64,000 nt of DNA from an uncultured Candidatus Saccharibacteria bacterium (lineage in GTDB: Bacteria; Patescibacteriota; Minisyncoccia; Phycocordibacterales; CAIZLB01). The stretch spans positions 38,709 to 102,708 of the forward strand of contig CAYQJB010000001.1 of assembly GCA_964417855.1 (NCBI GenBank), written 5' to 3'. Made by a program: the position numbers and the translations under genes. Below are positions 1 through 9,517 of the stretch, piece by piece (position 1 is the stretch's first letter; each line of letters begins with the position of its first letter). A model generated the notes under the pieces. It searched no databases. It worked only from the letters and a program-made list of their open reading frames with translations, and had not been told where the DNA came from.

Positions 1-167
1 TCCAATCCTGCATCAGCTGTGGTACTTGAGGTATTTGTTGAAACACCCAGTGTTTGTAATATAGAATTATTAACCAAACCATAATCTGAGGGTCTTAAAT
101 ACCCCCTAAAAGCATAGATAACTATGAAAAATATTAGAACTGTAAGTAATAACCTATATATCTTCAT
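1..167 (-). CDS. partial CDS (N-terminus only, runs off window): membrane protein, MKIYRLLLTVLIFFIVIYAF... then a Ser/Thr-rich segment
   Basis: Hand translation of the minus strand from ATG at 165-167 gives a hydrophobic N-terminal helix. It is absent from the ORF track because it is truncated at the window edge. Confidence 0.3.
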   Translation of the reverse strand, partial: MKIYRLLLTVLIFFIVIYAFRGYLRPSDYGLVNNSILQTLGVSTNTSSTTADAGL

Positions 168-212
168 GTCGGTAATATTACGATAATTTTACCCATAAGT
201 CCACGACTATTT

Positions 213-240
213 GGGGTCAGGCACCATGGTGCCTGACCCC
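213..240. repeat. perfect 28-bp palindrome GGGGTCAGGCACCATGGTGCCTGACCCC, copy 1 of 4
   Basis: Read directly. Flanked TT..AAA. Identical or near-identical copies at 43242-43269, 44111-44138 and 53423-53450. Confidence 0.9.
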
Positions 241-252
241 AAAAAACAAAAA

Positions 253-1515
253 CTAGTCCCACAGTACAGCTTCAATACACATAAACAAAGGAATTTCCTT
301 TTTACATCTTTTATCAGCTAATTCTCTTGTCCCTGGATTACTCTTCTTGTGACTTGTCCATTCCTCAATTCTTAGTATTGCAAAACCTGCATTAGCAAGC
401 CACTTACTATAAACCTGCATCGGTCTATGGAATGATGTTGTATAAGATTTCTTTCTTCTATCTTTTTCTCCTGGATGCATATCAATTTTTATAACTTCTT
501 CACTCATGTAACTATAAACAACTCTTCCGTATCTTCCTGCCTTTTTACCATTAACAATAGTGTACGATGGGTCTCCCTCAGGTCCCCCACCTTCTGCATC
601 AAAATACCAATCAGAGTTCTTTGGAACACGGAAACATGGGTGATTTAACACAATTACCATTTTTCCCTTTGGCTTTAATATCTTTGCAGACTCCTTAAGA
701 GCTATATCAAATTCCTCAATGTTCTGTGCCGCTAGTATGCACATTGCAGAATCACATGACTTCTCTTCAACTCCGGCTGAAATCATTTTATGAGCTGGTG
801 AAACTATGAAGGCGTCATTTTCTGATATCTTATCCTTGAATCTATTTTTAGCAACCGTAATTAACTCGTTAGAAATATCCACCCCTACTACATTTGCCCC
901 CTTATCAATCATTGATTCAGAAAAAAGACCTTGTCCACAAGCAACATCCAGAACCTTCTGTCCCACTGTAGGATTAATGATTCTTATAATATTAGGCATG
1001 ATTATTTGCTTCTGATATGAATCACTGTCAGCTAGATAGTTATCGTACCACTCAGCTTCATTTCCCCATGATGTGTTATTTTTTGAAGCAACAACAGGAG
1101 TACCAATTGAAGCGTCTCTTGAAACACGTGCGTGCGCAATCCTTGGAGCATAGTCAGGTGCCATTCTAGTTGAAATCTTTGGAATAATTCTAGGCGCACT
1201 ACTTGGAGCATGCTTTGTTATTCCTCTTGAAGCATATGAAGTTACAAACTTAGGATTGTTTGAATAACGGCCCGATGAACCTTTTGCACCACGTGATGGT
1301 GAGTACCTTGAGGTACTTGGAGAGTATCTAGGTGCTCTGGGTGCAGACAATATAGGAGCACTGCTTGGAGCCCCTCTTGAGGCGCTTCTGGACGTACTTT
1401 TTGGCTTTGATCTCTGGAATCCCTTATTGTTTGGTTTGTTCATATATATATTGGTATTTGTGTAATTTAGTCCAGCAATCATACAATATAAATGAGGAAA
1501 TAGCAACAGGTACAA
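253..1515 (-). CDS. class I SAM-dependent methyltransferase with Ser/Ala/Pro/Arg-rich N-terminal low-complexity extension; true start probably the internal Met (MNKPNNK...)
   Basis: LDVACGQGLFS glycine-rich SAM-binding motif I. N-terminal approx 150 aa contains SAPR, APR and RYSPSTSRYSPSRG repeats. Confidence 0.7.
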   Translation of the reverse strand: MYLLLFPHLYCMIAGLNYTNTNIYMNKPNNKGFQRSKPKSTSRSASRGAPSSAPILSAPRAPRYSPSTSRYSPSRGAKGSSGRYSNNPKFVTSYASRGITKHAPSSAPRIIPKISTRMAPDYAPRIAHARVSRDASIGTPVVASKNNTSWGNEAEWYDNYLADSDSYQKQIIMPNIIRIINPTVGQKVLDVACGQGLFSESMIDKGANVVGVDISNELITVAKNRFKDKISENDAFIVSPAHKMISAGVEEKSCDSAMCILAAQNIEEFDIALKESAKILKPKGKMVIVLNHPCFRVPKNSDWYFDAEGGGPEGDPSYTIVNGKKAGRYGRVVYSYMSEEVIKIDMHPGEKDRRKKSYTTSFHRPMQVYSKWLANAGFAILRIEEWTSHKKSNPGTRELADKRCKKEIPLFMCIEAVLWD

Positions 1516-1573
1516 AAAAATAAACCCGAGCTTAGCGTCTCGAATTTATTGATTACAACAAGTACATACAGAA

Positions 1574-4009
1574 CTACCTCCCCACCACCCCTCTCGTCAT
1601 CTTCCCAAAGAATCCCGTACCTGGTACCTTGTTCGCCTTCTGGAACTTGATAAGCGCAGCCTTGGTAGCGGGGCCAAAGTATGTAGTCTCCTTTCCTTTG
1701 GAACCAACACCTGTCTTTGCAATAGCAAAGCCATTGTTGTTCAAGAACTTCTGTAGTTGTAGTACATCATTGTTTCTCATACCAAGTCTAAGGTCTTTGG
1801 TGAAGTCGTACTTTGTTGATGAAGTTGTAATACCACATGCTTGACCTGTGACTGTACTGAATAGGTTTCCGGAAGCACAACCAATGTTGTTTGATGTCGT
1901 GCTTGATGAGACAAGAGTAGCAAGGAGAGCTGGAGGATAATATCCACCACCTCCTCCCCCACCAGAAGATACAACAATACTTGGATCAGCAGATGTGGTG
2001 AAAGACATTACAGAAGTTGTAGAAGTGTTTGAGTCAGCATCGGTTGAAGTGATTTGGTAATAGTATGTAGTGCTGTAGCTTAAGTTTGGGAGTATCACAT
2101 AGTGTGATGTTGAAGCAAATGATGCATCGGTTGTTGTTGAGGTTGTAACAGATGAGTCTGTTCCATAGTTTAATCCAGTTGTTGCTCCCTTGTCTGTGTT
2201 CCAAGAGATTGTAGCTTGAAGACCAGATAGTGAGACGGCGGTGTTTGTAATTACAGATGGTATTGTTAAGCCAAAGATACCAAATGTTGAGAAGTGTGTT
2301 GTTGGGCAAGTTACGGTGTGAAGTCCAGTATCAACTACACAAGATGATAGCGGAGACCATACAGATCCATCAGTACTGAATATTGTAAGGGTTGAGGGAT
2401 CAGTGACACCAAGTGTTGCTGGGTTATACGTTAGGGTGATGAATAATGGATTGGTGAATGTTGTAAGGGTTGAAGTTGCTGTTGGCATTGCTTGCAATTG
2501 ATACAGTGAGTTGAATAGATTGTATCTTGCTGGTTTGCCGAGAGTGGAGATGACGGTTGTTGTTGCGAGTTCTGTGGCTTCGAACTGGGCGGTGGTTGTT
2601 GTTGCGGAGAAGCCGGTGGGGATGGTTAGGTGTAGGTTTCCCAGACTGAGTGTTCCCAGGTTGCTGATTGCAGTTGAGGTTGATTGAATGTATGTGGTGT
2701 TTGCTATACAGCCCGATGTTTTAAAGGAGTAGTTGGGGGAGGTGGCAGGATTGCTGTATATATCCATTACATCGTATTTATAATTATATGTGGTGCATGG
2801 AAGGAGGTTGGTGATGTTAAAGGAAGATGTTGTTGAAGCGGTTGATGTTGATACTGTATCAGTGTATATACTTGGTGCGAGACCGTATGATACTGATGAT
2901 GTTGCTGATTTGTCCGTAGTGAAGGAGATGGTTGAGGTAGATACTCCGGCTGAGAGGCTGTTGTTGGAGATTATTGGGGTGGTGAAGGAGATGGTGCCAC
3001 TGTGATCTAGTGAAGTTATTGTGAGACCATCATAAGAGACAAATAATCTTCCAGGAGTTGAATCAAACGTTGCGTTAGTACCAAACACGTTCGAATCCGA
3101 AGAACGAACAAAAGCAGTACCTCCGTCTATAGAACTATACAAAAACCAATTACCTGCATCCGGTGTACGACCTGCAAACACCTTCATTCCATCATAGGAT
3201 GAAGCAATCTTTCCCCATCCTGCAGTAACTCCAGGTATATCATAATATGTCCAAGATAAACCATCATTTATGGATGTGTATATCTTAGAGTCAGCATCAT
3301 CAGCCCAAAATAAATGACTTCCATCAGGAGAATATTTAAAGCCCATCAAAGTCCCAACCACTGTTGGAAAAGTAGCGGATCTATCTACCCAAGTCGCACC
3401 ACTAGTTGTTGATACATAAAATTTATTAACACCATTAGAAATAGATATTTTTGTACTACTTGCTGACATAGTGAGATAGTTCCAATATCCAGACGGTATA
3501 CTAGAAGTTGCCCAGGTCGCACCACTTGTTGTTGAATAATATAAATACGGCGCAGTATTATTGGTTAAAAATAAATTTACGCCACTAGCTGATGACCACA
3601 TGTCTTTCCATTGTGTATGCGGTATAGAATTTACAGAAGTACTTGTCGCCCACGTTAAACCACTATCTATCGAATACCATATATTTGTATTTGTTTTTAG
3701 CCATAATTTTGTAAAATCGTCTGACCCCGTTATACTTATACCCATATCGGACCATGTACTTGTACCCAATTGACTGATTGGAGTAAAGGTAGCGCCGCTT
3801 GTAGTTGAAATGTTGATAGATCTGGTTCCGCCCCTAACGCCAACGATATTCCTGCCATCAGAAGATACAAAGTTAGTGTAAGACGTTTGAGTAAAATTTT
3901 TTTCCACGTGGGCAGTAGAAGCTTCAGCTTTTTTATACTCAACAGGACATAAAACAATCGAAAACAAGAACAATGACAAGGTAATCAGTTTAAGATTATT
4001 TTTTAACAT
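1574..4009 (-). CDS. secreted cell-surface protein with BNR/Asp-box repeats, poly-Gly linker and C-terminal peptidoglycan-binding (PG_binding_1-like) domain
   Basis: Signal peptide. Repeated S-x-D/S-G-x-T-W/F boxes (YSTTSGATW, SIDSGLTW, SINDGLSW). GGGGGGGYYPP linker. C-terminal DVLQLQKFLNNNGF...FGPATKAALIKFQ motif. Confidence 0.55.
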   Translation of the reverse strand: MLKNNLKLITLSLFLFSIVLCPVEYKKAEASTAHVEKNFTQTSYTNFVSSDGRNIVGVRGGTRSINISTTSGATFTPISQLGTSTWSDMGISITGSDDFTKLWLKTNTNIWYSIDSGLTWATSTSVNSIPHTQWKDMWSSASGVNLFLTNNTAPYLYYSTTSGATWATSSIPSGYWNYLTMSASSTKISISNGVNKFYVSTTSGATWVDRSATFPTVVGTLMGFKYSPDGSHLFWADDADSKIYTSINDGLSWTYYDIPGVTAGWGKIASSYDGMKVFAGRTPDAGNWFLYSSIDGGTAFVRSSDSNVFGTNATFDSTPGRLFVSYDGLTITSLDHSGTISFTTPIISNNSLSAGVSTSTISFTTDKSATSSVSYGLAPSIYTDTVSTSTASTTSSFNITNLLPCTTYNYKYDVMDIYSNPATSPNYSFKTSGCIANTTYIQSTSTAISNLGTLSLGNLHLTIPTGFSATTTTAQFEATELATTTVISTLGKPARYNLFNSLYQLQAMPTATSTLTTFTNPLFITLTYNPATLGVTDPSTLTIFSTDGSVWSPLSSCVVDTGLHTVTCPTTHFSTFGIFGLTIPSVITNTAVSLSGLQATISWNTDKGATTGLNYGTDSSVTTSTTTDASFASTSHYVILPNLSYSTTYYYQITSTDADSNTSTTSVMSFTTSADPSIVVSSGGGGGGGYYPPALLATLVSSSTTSNNIGCASGNLFSTVTGQACGITTSSTKYDFTKDLRLGMRNNDVLQLQKFLNNNGFAIAKTGVGSKGKETTYFGPATKAALIKFQKANKVPGTGFFGKMTRGVVGR

Positions 4010-4057
4010 ATGTTTTATTCTAACATAAAAACAAAATATTTACTAGTAAAATAGACA

Positions 4058-4083
4058 ATCGAGCCCTCGTTAGAGAGCTCGAT
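4058..4083 (-). terminator. hairpin ATCGAGC-N12-GCTCGAT downstream of 4133-4579, followed by a T-rich run on the minus strand
   Basis: Inverted repeat read directly. Confidence 0.35.
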
Positions 4084-4132
4084 ATAATGTCTTGACCTTC
4101 CGTATTAATAATTTAAATACCTATTCTGGTGA

Positions 4133-4579
4133 CTATTTAGCTTTTACGATTTTTGTTGTAACAGCAGCCCCTTTTTTAACGACCTTCTTTACAGACTTTG
4201 CTCCTACTCCCAATTCCTTTGAAATTGTCTTCCAATGAGACTTTAATTCTGTTGCTAATTTTTCAAGCTCTGGAGCCTCAATCTTCTTGATTTTAGTGTA
4301 CTTTGATAATACAGAGTCCACATTAGTTTTGTACTTGTCCTCTGTAACATCCTTCATGTCTTCTAGTCTATCAAGTACCTCACCCTTTGCTTTTAATATC
4401 CAACCTTTAGCGTTTTTAATTTTTTTCTTTGCATCTTTTGAATTGTGAACAAAATATGCTCCAACTGCAGCTGCTGCAGTAAGACCACCAATAACTCCTA
4501 GAACACCCGCAACATTACTGCCTTTAGCGTCAGTGCTTTTTTTAGCACCTGCTTTGTTTCCTGTTTTTGTTGTATTCAT
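4133..4579 (-). CDS. hypothetical Lys-rich protein with one TM helix
   Basis: ORF with hydrophobic segment GVLGVIGGLTAAAAVGAYFV. No recognisable catalytic motif. Confidence 0.4.
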   Translation of the reverse strand: MNTTKTGNKAGAKKSTDAKGSNVAGVLGVIGGLTAAAAVGAYFVHNSKDAKKKIKNAKGWILKAKGEVLDRLEDMKDVTEDKYKTNVDSVLSKYTKIKKIEAPELEKLATELKSHWKTISKELGVGAKSVKKVVKKGAAVTTKIVKAK

Positions 4580-4685
4580 AACTCATATATTATATCAAGA
4601 GTAAAAAATTATGCAAAATAGATATACCCTAATATTAGGCAATTCAGTCCAAGGTTTAAATTGTGAGTAACTACGCCCCGAATAC

Positions 4686-5030
4686 CTAGTCCTCTTTCTT
4701 TACCTTCTTCTTTCCCCCAGCTCTAGATTTACGTGTAGTCCTTTCTTCCCCATCCCCAGCAGATCCATTACCCGATCTAATAAAAGATCCAAAAACAAAC
4801 TTCATTAGATTCATTGCCTTGCTTCCCTGCTCCTCAATAGACTCTCTAACCATCAAAACATCTTCCATAATACGGTCAGCCTCTTCTTTTAATTTTCTAG
4901 ATGTATATTCCAAATGCCTAGCTATTTGTATAATGTAATATAAAAATATTATTAGCAGCGATGTAAGGACCACCATTGCTAATGTTGTCATAAAGAAAAA
5001 TATATCGGCATGAACAAAAGATGAATTCAT
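4686..5030 (-). CDS. hypothetical small membrane protein
   Basis: ORF with N-terminal TM helix and basic C-terminus. Confidence 0.35.
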   Translation of the reverse strand: MNSSFVHADIFFFMTTLAMVVLTSLLIIFLYYIIQIARHLEYTSRKLKEEADRIMEDVLMVRESIEEQGSKAMNLMKFVFGSFIRSGNGSAGDGEERTTRKSRAGGKKKVKKED

Positions 5031-5031
5031 T

Positions 5032-5760
5032 TTAATTTAAATTAAGTATTTTTTTAAAGGTTGAACCGTGTGCTACAGATATTTTACCATACTTATTTGG
5101 TTTGGACATACCAGAATCGAACATAAGAAATATAAATAAAATAAAAAGGGCTGTATCATAAAGAAACATTCCTATGGGTGCGTATTCTGAAGATGGAAAA
5201 ACAAACATTCCAAGATATAGAAAACTTATAATTCCCGGTAGTTCCAAATCATGAAGTCTTCTTGTAATCAATGAAAGGAAAATTAAAGTAAAGGGTGCAA
5301 ACATAATTGGCATATACAATAACAAAATATTATTTGTATCACTTGCAACTAATTGACCAAGAAGTCCCCATGCCTCCGGTGACATAGCTTGAATAAAGCT
5401 AGCTACAATTATTAATACACTGAAGAAAAGGCTGAATAAAAAAAGTACAGAAATTGTAAAATCTTTTTTATTCAGTCTTCCAGCAAATAGCCCAAGATGA
5501 GCATGCTGATCTTCTGCTGACGGTGATTTTTTATTCTTGACCACACCCTTATTCTTGTTAAGTGTCGGTAAAAAGTTATTAGCTGCAGCAACATCCTGAT
5601 GTAATGTTCTGTGGGTTTTCTTGGTATTACTGATACCTTCTTCTATCTCTGAGTCAGAAAAACCAGCACTTTTTAAAGACACGTTTATCTCGTCTATAGT
5701 GTTAGCTTTCTCAAGCTTTCTAATTATAAAATTTTCAATTCCTTCCTTTGATTTAGTCAC
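5032..5760 (-). CDS. DUF805-like inner-membrane protein with N-terminal soluble domain
   Basis: Multi-TM C-terminal half with ITRRLHDLELPG, resembling the RRLHD signature of DUF805. Confidence 0.4.
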   Translation of the reverse strand: MTKSKEGIENFIIRKLEKANTIDEINVSLKSAGFSDSEIEEGISNTKKTHRTLHQDVAAANNFLPTLNKNKGVVKNKKSPSAEDQHAHLGLFAGRLNKKDFTISVLFLFSLFFSVLIIVASFIQAMSPEAWGLLGQLVASDTNNILLLYMPIMFAPFTLIFLSLITRRLHDLELPGIISFLYLGMFVFPSSEYAPIGMFLYDTALFILFIFLMFDSGMSKPNKYGKISVAHGSTFKKILNLN

Positions 5761-5844
5761 AATATTATATTACTTTATTAAACCAGCATAAACTCATTTA
5801 TCCCTAGTCATTATAATTAGTATACTATGATTATTTTAAAATAA

Positions 5845-5886
5845 AACAGCCGGGTGTGAACTAATTAGTTCACACCCGGCTGTTTA
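5845..5886 (-). terminator. rho-independent terminator: AAACAGCCGGGTGTGAAC-TAATTA-GTTCACACCCGGCTGTTT plus T-rich tail on the minus strand
   Basis: Perfect 18-bp inverted repeat immediately downstream of 5924-6319. Confidence 0.7.
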
Positions 5887-5923
5887 TAATAGAATCGCTA
5901 TTCGTAATTACTATTGATTATAA

Positions 5924-6319
5924 CTATTTCTTTGAAGGTAATCTATATTTTGTTGAATCAACTGAAACAAGAACAAAAAGTAAGGCTATAATAACAATAT
6001 CAAACTCCCACCCACCTACTCCAGAAAAACCAGCATTCCATACGAATATTTTTGAAAATATCGCTCCAAGTATCACTACTCCCAGAACTGATCCAGCTAA
6101 TCTTATTTTTGTACCTAACAATATAAATACCGCTGACGCTAATTCTACAAGACCTACTATTGTCATAAATATTGACCCTTGTCCGCCTAGCTTAGTAAGT
6201 GCGTGATAAATAAAGACACATCCGATAACGATACGTGCAAACATCATTGCCTCATGAGCATACTTTCCCACCTGAGTTATTTCATGTATTTTGTTATTCA
6301 TTTTTTTTAATTCGTTCAT
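5924..6319 (-). CDS. DoxX-family membrane protein
   Basis: Four predicted TM helices, approx 130 aa, DoxX-like hydrophobic pattern. Confidence 0.45.
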   Translation of the reverse strand: MNELKKMNNKIHEITQVGKYAHEAMMFARIVIGCVFIYHALTKLGGQGSIFMTIVGLVELASAVFILLGTKIRLAGSVLGVVILGAIFSKIFVWNAGFSGVGGWEFDIVIIALLFVLVSVDSTKYRLPSKK

Positions 6320-6351
6320 TTTGTAATTTTATAAGTATCTAATAATTAAAT

Positions 6352-6942
6352 TTATTTAAGCTTTCTTATGACAGCTTTGACAACAGCAGCAATCTGAAGG
6401 TCGTATTCTGGATAAATATTTGAGTATTTTTTATTTGCTGGCTGTAAGTATATCTTACCATGTTTATCATGCTTTAAGTATTTGAGTGTCCAACCCCCAT
6501 CTATTTCCGCAACTATTATTTCACCATCTTTAATTTGTTTACCACCTTCAATTCTCTCTACTAATACATAATCACCTTCACTAATATGGGCTTCTATCAT
6601 GGAATCCCCTTTTACTTCTAGCATGTATGTAGAGGAACTACTTTTACCATCAAGAAGCCACTCATCCAAGCTCAATGTATCTAGAACCTCCTCTTCTGCT
6701 GTTGTTGGGATTCCAGCTTCAACCACTCCAAGCAATGAGACTTCTCCAAAAATATGTCTTGGGGACAATTTACCAGTTGAATCTTTCTCTATGATGCCAT
6801 CATCAATCAATTTATTAACTAATTTAAATACGGCATTCTTTGACTTAAAACTAAGCAAGGACATTATCTCTGAATAACAAGGCATGCGCCTGTTGCTTCT
6901 ATAAAAGTTTGTTATTTTTTGTTTATAATCTTCGTAGGACAT
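6352..6942 (-). CDS. lexA: LexA repressor (S24 self-cleaving peptidase)
   Basis: N-terminal winged HTH. GDSM catalytic Ser and AVVKAVIRK Lys. C-terminus aligns with E. coli LexA. Confidence 0.8.
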   Translation of the reverse strand: MSYEDYKQKITNFYRSNRRMPCYSEIMSLLSFKSKNAVFKLVNKLIDDGIIEKDSTGKLSPRHIFGEVSLLGVVEAGIPTTAEEEVLDTLSLDEWLLDGKSSSSTYMLEVKGDSMIEAHISEGDYVLVERIEGGKQIKDGEIIVAEIDGGWTLKYLKHDKHGKIYLQPANKKYSNIYPEYDLQIAAVVKAVIRKLK

Positions 6943-6998
6943 TATTAATTATTTTTATTTTACTCAGCTCATTGAATTCACATTCATTTTACCAGAGA

Positions 6999-7265
6999 CT
7001 ACAGGAAGAAAGAAGCTAGAGCGAAAGTTCTGGCCATTGATGCCTCCCCTTCAATTTTTCTCAATTGACTTACCAAATGTCTATGACGGCGTGACTCTTT
7101 CTCGTAAGACTGATTACGTATTATTTTTTTATCAATAGCATTGTTTAGTGACTTAACCTCTCTTCTTATTTCAAACATCATTGTCATTTTGCTCATATTA
7201 TTTAAATTAATTATTGTTATTAATATAAATATATTATAAGTGAACGAACGTTCACCGTCAAACAT
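6999..7265 (-). CDS. hypothetical small protein (weak)
   Basis: ORF only. Confidence 0.2.
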   Translation of the reverse strand: MFDGERSFTYNIFILITIINLNNMSKMTMMFEIRREVKSLNNAIDKKIIRNQSYEKESRRHRHLVSQLRKIEGEASMARTFALASFFL

Positions 7266-7310
7266 TACAGAGAAAAATGTTGTGGATAACTCAAAACTCC
7301 ACTTAAGAAC

Positions 7311-7637
7311 CTAGATTAAGCTGATGATTCCTCCTGCATTAACAATATTAGTAAAATCCATTAATTTTAATAAACGCACAGCTTTCTCTGATCTTGCACC
7401 AGACATACAGTAAGCATAGATTTTAGAATCTCTAGGCACATTTGGAACCTTCCCATATTCAATATCTTCAACACTTAGGTTGATTGAATTTGGCAGTGAA
7501 AACTCTGCAAACTCTTCCTTTGATCTCACATCCAAAAGATATGCATTACCAGCCTTCACTTCCTCGTGTATTTGATGTGTATCAATTTTTTCTGTCATAG
7601 ATATATTATATGCTATTTTTGGAAAAATAAAAAACAC
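7311..7637 (-). CDS. single-domain rhodanese-like sulfurtransferase
   Basis: YLLDVRSKEEF...YCMSGARS active-site Cys loop. Confidence 0.7.
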   Translation of the reverse strand: MFFIFPKIAYNISMTEKIDTHQIHEEVKAGNAYLLDVRSKEEFAEFSLPNSINLSVEDIEYGKVPNVPRDSKIYAYCMSGARSEKAVRLLKLMDFTNIVNAGGIISLI

Positions 7638-7655
7638 CAGATTGGTGTTTTTTGA
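7629..7655. terminator. bidirectional hairpin AAAAACACCAGATTGGTGTTTTTT
   Basis: Read directly, between 7311-7637 and 7683-8006. Confidence 0.6.
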
Positions 7656-7682
7656 GTTGTATTTATTTAACTAGAATTTAAT

Positions 7683-8006
7683 TTATATTTTTATTGTTGA
7701 TGTTGTTGATGTTGCTGATGTATTTTGTTTGACTTTTTTAGGAGTCTTTATTTTTTTTGATTTATTATTTTGTATCCTTACTGATGTTGACGTAGGTGTT
7801 ATTTTTTTTGTTGATATTTTAGCCTTTAAATTAACTTTTCTTTGTGCGGCCGTAAGCTTTGGAGATACTACCTTGTTTTGAGTTAAGACCACTTGGGTCG
7901 ATGTAGAATTTACATCACTAGCAAGAGATACTCCTCCACTTACAGCAAAAAGAACGACAAACGGGGCTGAAATAGCTAAATTTTTAAAAGCTTTTCTTAA
8001 TTTCAT
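7683..8006 (-). CDS. secreted Ser/Thr/Lys-rich low-complexity protein
   Basis: Signal peptide followed by a basic S/T/K-rich tail. Confidence 0.4.
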   Translation of the reverse strand: MKLRKAFKNLAISAPFVVLFAVSGGVSLASDVNSTSTQVVLTQNKVVSPKLTAAQRKVNLKAKISTKKITPTSTSVRIQNNKSKKIKTPKKVKQNTSATSTTSTIKI

Positions 8007-8010
8007 TTGA

Positions 8011-8952
8011 TTATTTTAATTGCACCATACTGTTTATAATATTGTATGACTTCATAGCCTTACACTTGTTATTACGCTGGTCTGAAATATTTCTTTCATT
8101 TTTATCTGAGTTTTTTAAATGCTCTCTTATATCCGCTACGGCAGGAGCATATTTAGCGCTATCCCAAGGAAGAACATAGCAAGCACTCATTACTCTTGTC
8201 ATAGAAGATGAAGCTATTCCATTTCCACTAGTGATACCAACAACTCTAATCTGAGATGACGTGGATATTAGATCTAGACTTACATCAGGAATATAATCGG
8301 AAGATATCGTCCATAAATTACCGGTGAAATCTTTTAGAACAAAAGTTGAACTACCATCGGAAAATGAAATAACCTCTCCAGAAAGCACTCCTTTATCTGG
8401 CTGATTCCAAGCCTGCCTTCTCGTAAAGTCTGATGATCTAATAAACATATTGTTTGTTGTAATATTTTCATCAATTAATCTTGAAATTCCAAACTCATGT
8501 AAGGCTACTCCTCCCGCAATATTTGCAACTAATCCAAATAAAAGCACTATACTAAAAGAATACTTATAACCCTTATTTGTATGTCGATAATTTTCATATC
8601 CCAGGAATGCAAATGTGGCAAATAAGACTATCCATATATATGGTGTCATCTCTAGTATGAACTCGATGATGCTGTCGTGAGTTATTTCATAAATTTCAGA
8701 CTCTGAATTAGTAAAAGTAAAAATCATCACAGAAAAAGCTATAGACCCAATTATCAATGACAAAACAAATAAGGACCAGAAGGCTTTATTTCTAGCAGAG
8801 AAATAATACTTAGACGTAGGTTTTATTTTATTTTTTTCGATAAGCCCCAACACCTTAGCTTCCAGATTTTCATCTTTTTTTGTGTATGTATTGCTATTTA
8901 TTTGTGTTTTTATTTTATGTTCCATGTTTTTATTTTTGAATCGAATTTTCAA
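8011..8952 (-). CDS. membrane protein cotranscribed with ECF sigma factor; putative anti-sigma factor
   Basis: Start overlaps the sigma-factor stop by 23 nt. TM helices after a cytoplasmic N-terminal region. No catalytic motifs. Confidence 0.4.
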   Translation of the reverse strand: MKIRFKNKNMEHKIKTQINSNTYTKKDENLEAKVLGLIEKNKIKPTSKYYFSARNKAFWSLFVLSLIIGSIAFSVMIFTFTNSESEIYEITHDSIIEFILEMTPYIWIVLFATFAFLGYENYRHTNKGYKYSFSIVLLFGLVANIAGGVALHEFGISRLIDENITTNNMFIRSSDFTRRQAWNQPDKGVLSGEVISFSDGSSTFVLKDFTGNLWTISSDYIPDVSLDLISTSSQIRVVGITSGNGIASSSMTRVMSACYVLPWDSAKYAPAVADIREHLKNSDKNERNISDQRNNKCKAMKSYNIINSMVQLK

Positions 8953-9517
8953 GATGTTTTAATTTAACCCCCAATCTCTGTTTGGCCCTTCGGATAAGTG
9001 TTGCGACCGAACCTGTTGGAATTTGTAAAATGTCAGATATATTTTCATAGTCTCTGTCTTCAAAGTATCTGAGGACTAGAACGTCTCTATATTTCTGATC
9101 GATTTCTAAAATTGCCTTACCTAATAATTTGGAATTTATTTTTTCATCAATTTCCTGAACCAAATCGATATTTTCATCTTCAATTCTAAAGATAATTTCC
9201 TCGCTATCGTCAATCATGTTACCTTCCGGTCTCGCCTTATTGTGCCTAAAAAATGAGATAGCCTCATTGTGAGATATTCTGTAAATCCAAGAAGAAAAAG
9301 AAAGGTCCTTATTGAAAGAGTTTATATTTTTATAAATTTTTATGAAAACATCCTGAAGAAGATCTTCCATATCCTCATCCTTATAAACACCAATTCGCTT
9401 AAGGTACCTTGAAAGTGGGGCTTGATATCTGTCAATTAAAACAGACATAGCTCCATGTTTTGACGCAATAAGTAGTTCTACTAGCTCGCCATCTGTTTTT
9501 TTTGAGATATCGTCCAT
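8930..9517 (-). CDS. ECF-type sigma-70 family RNA polymerase sigma factor
   Basis: Region 2 (FSSWIYRISHNEAISFFR) and region 4 HTH (YENISDILQIPTGSVATLIRRAKQRL). Confidence 0.8.
   Translation of the reverse strand: MDDISKKTDGELVELLIASKHGAMSVLIDRYQAPLSRYLKRIGVYKDEDMEDLLQDVFIKIYKNINSFNKDLSFSSWIYRISHNEAISFFRHNKARPEGNMIDDSEEIIFRIEDENIDLVQEIDEKINSKLLGKAILEIDQKYRDVLVLRYFEDRDYENISDILQIPTGSVATLIRRAKQRLGVKLKHLENSIQK

Noticed and set aside
213-240. Interpreting the GGGGTCAGGCACC palindromes as intrinsic terminators
   Set aside because: In all four copies the T-run precedes and the A-run follows the hairpin on both strands (the element is itself palindromic), so no strand has the hairpin followed by a U-tract.
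6943-6998. LexA box upstream of lexA
   Set aside because: Neither CTGT-N8-ACAG, CGAACRNRYGTTYC nor a clear GTTC-N7-GTTC palindrome is present; only an imperfect CATTGAATTCACATTCATT repeat.
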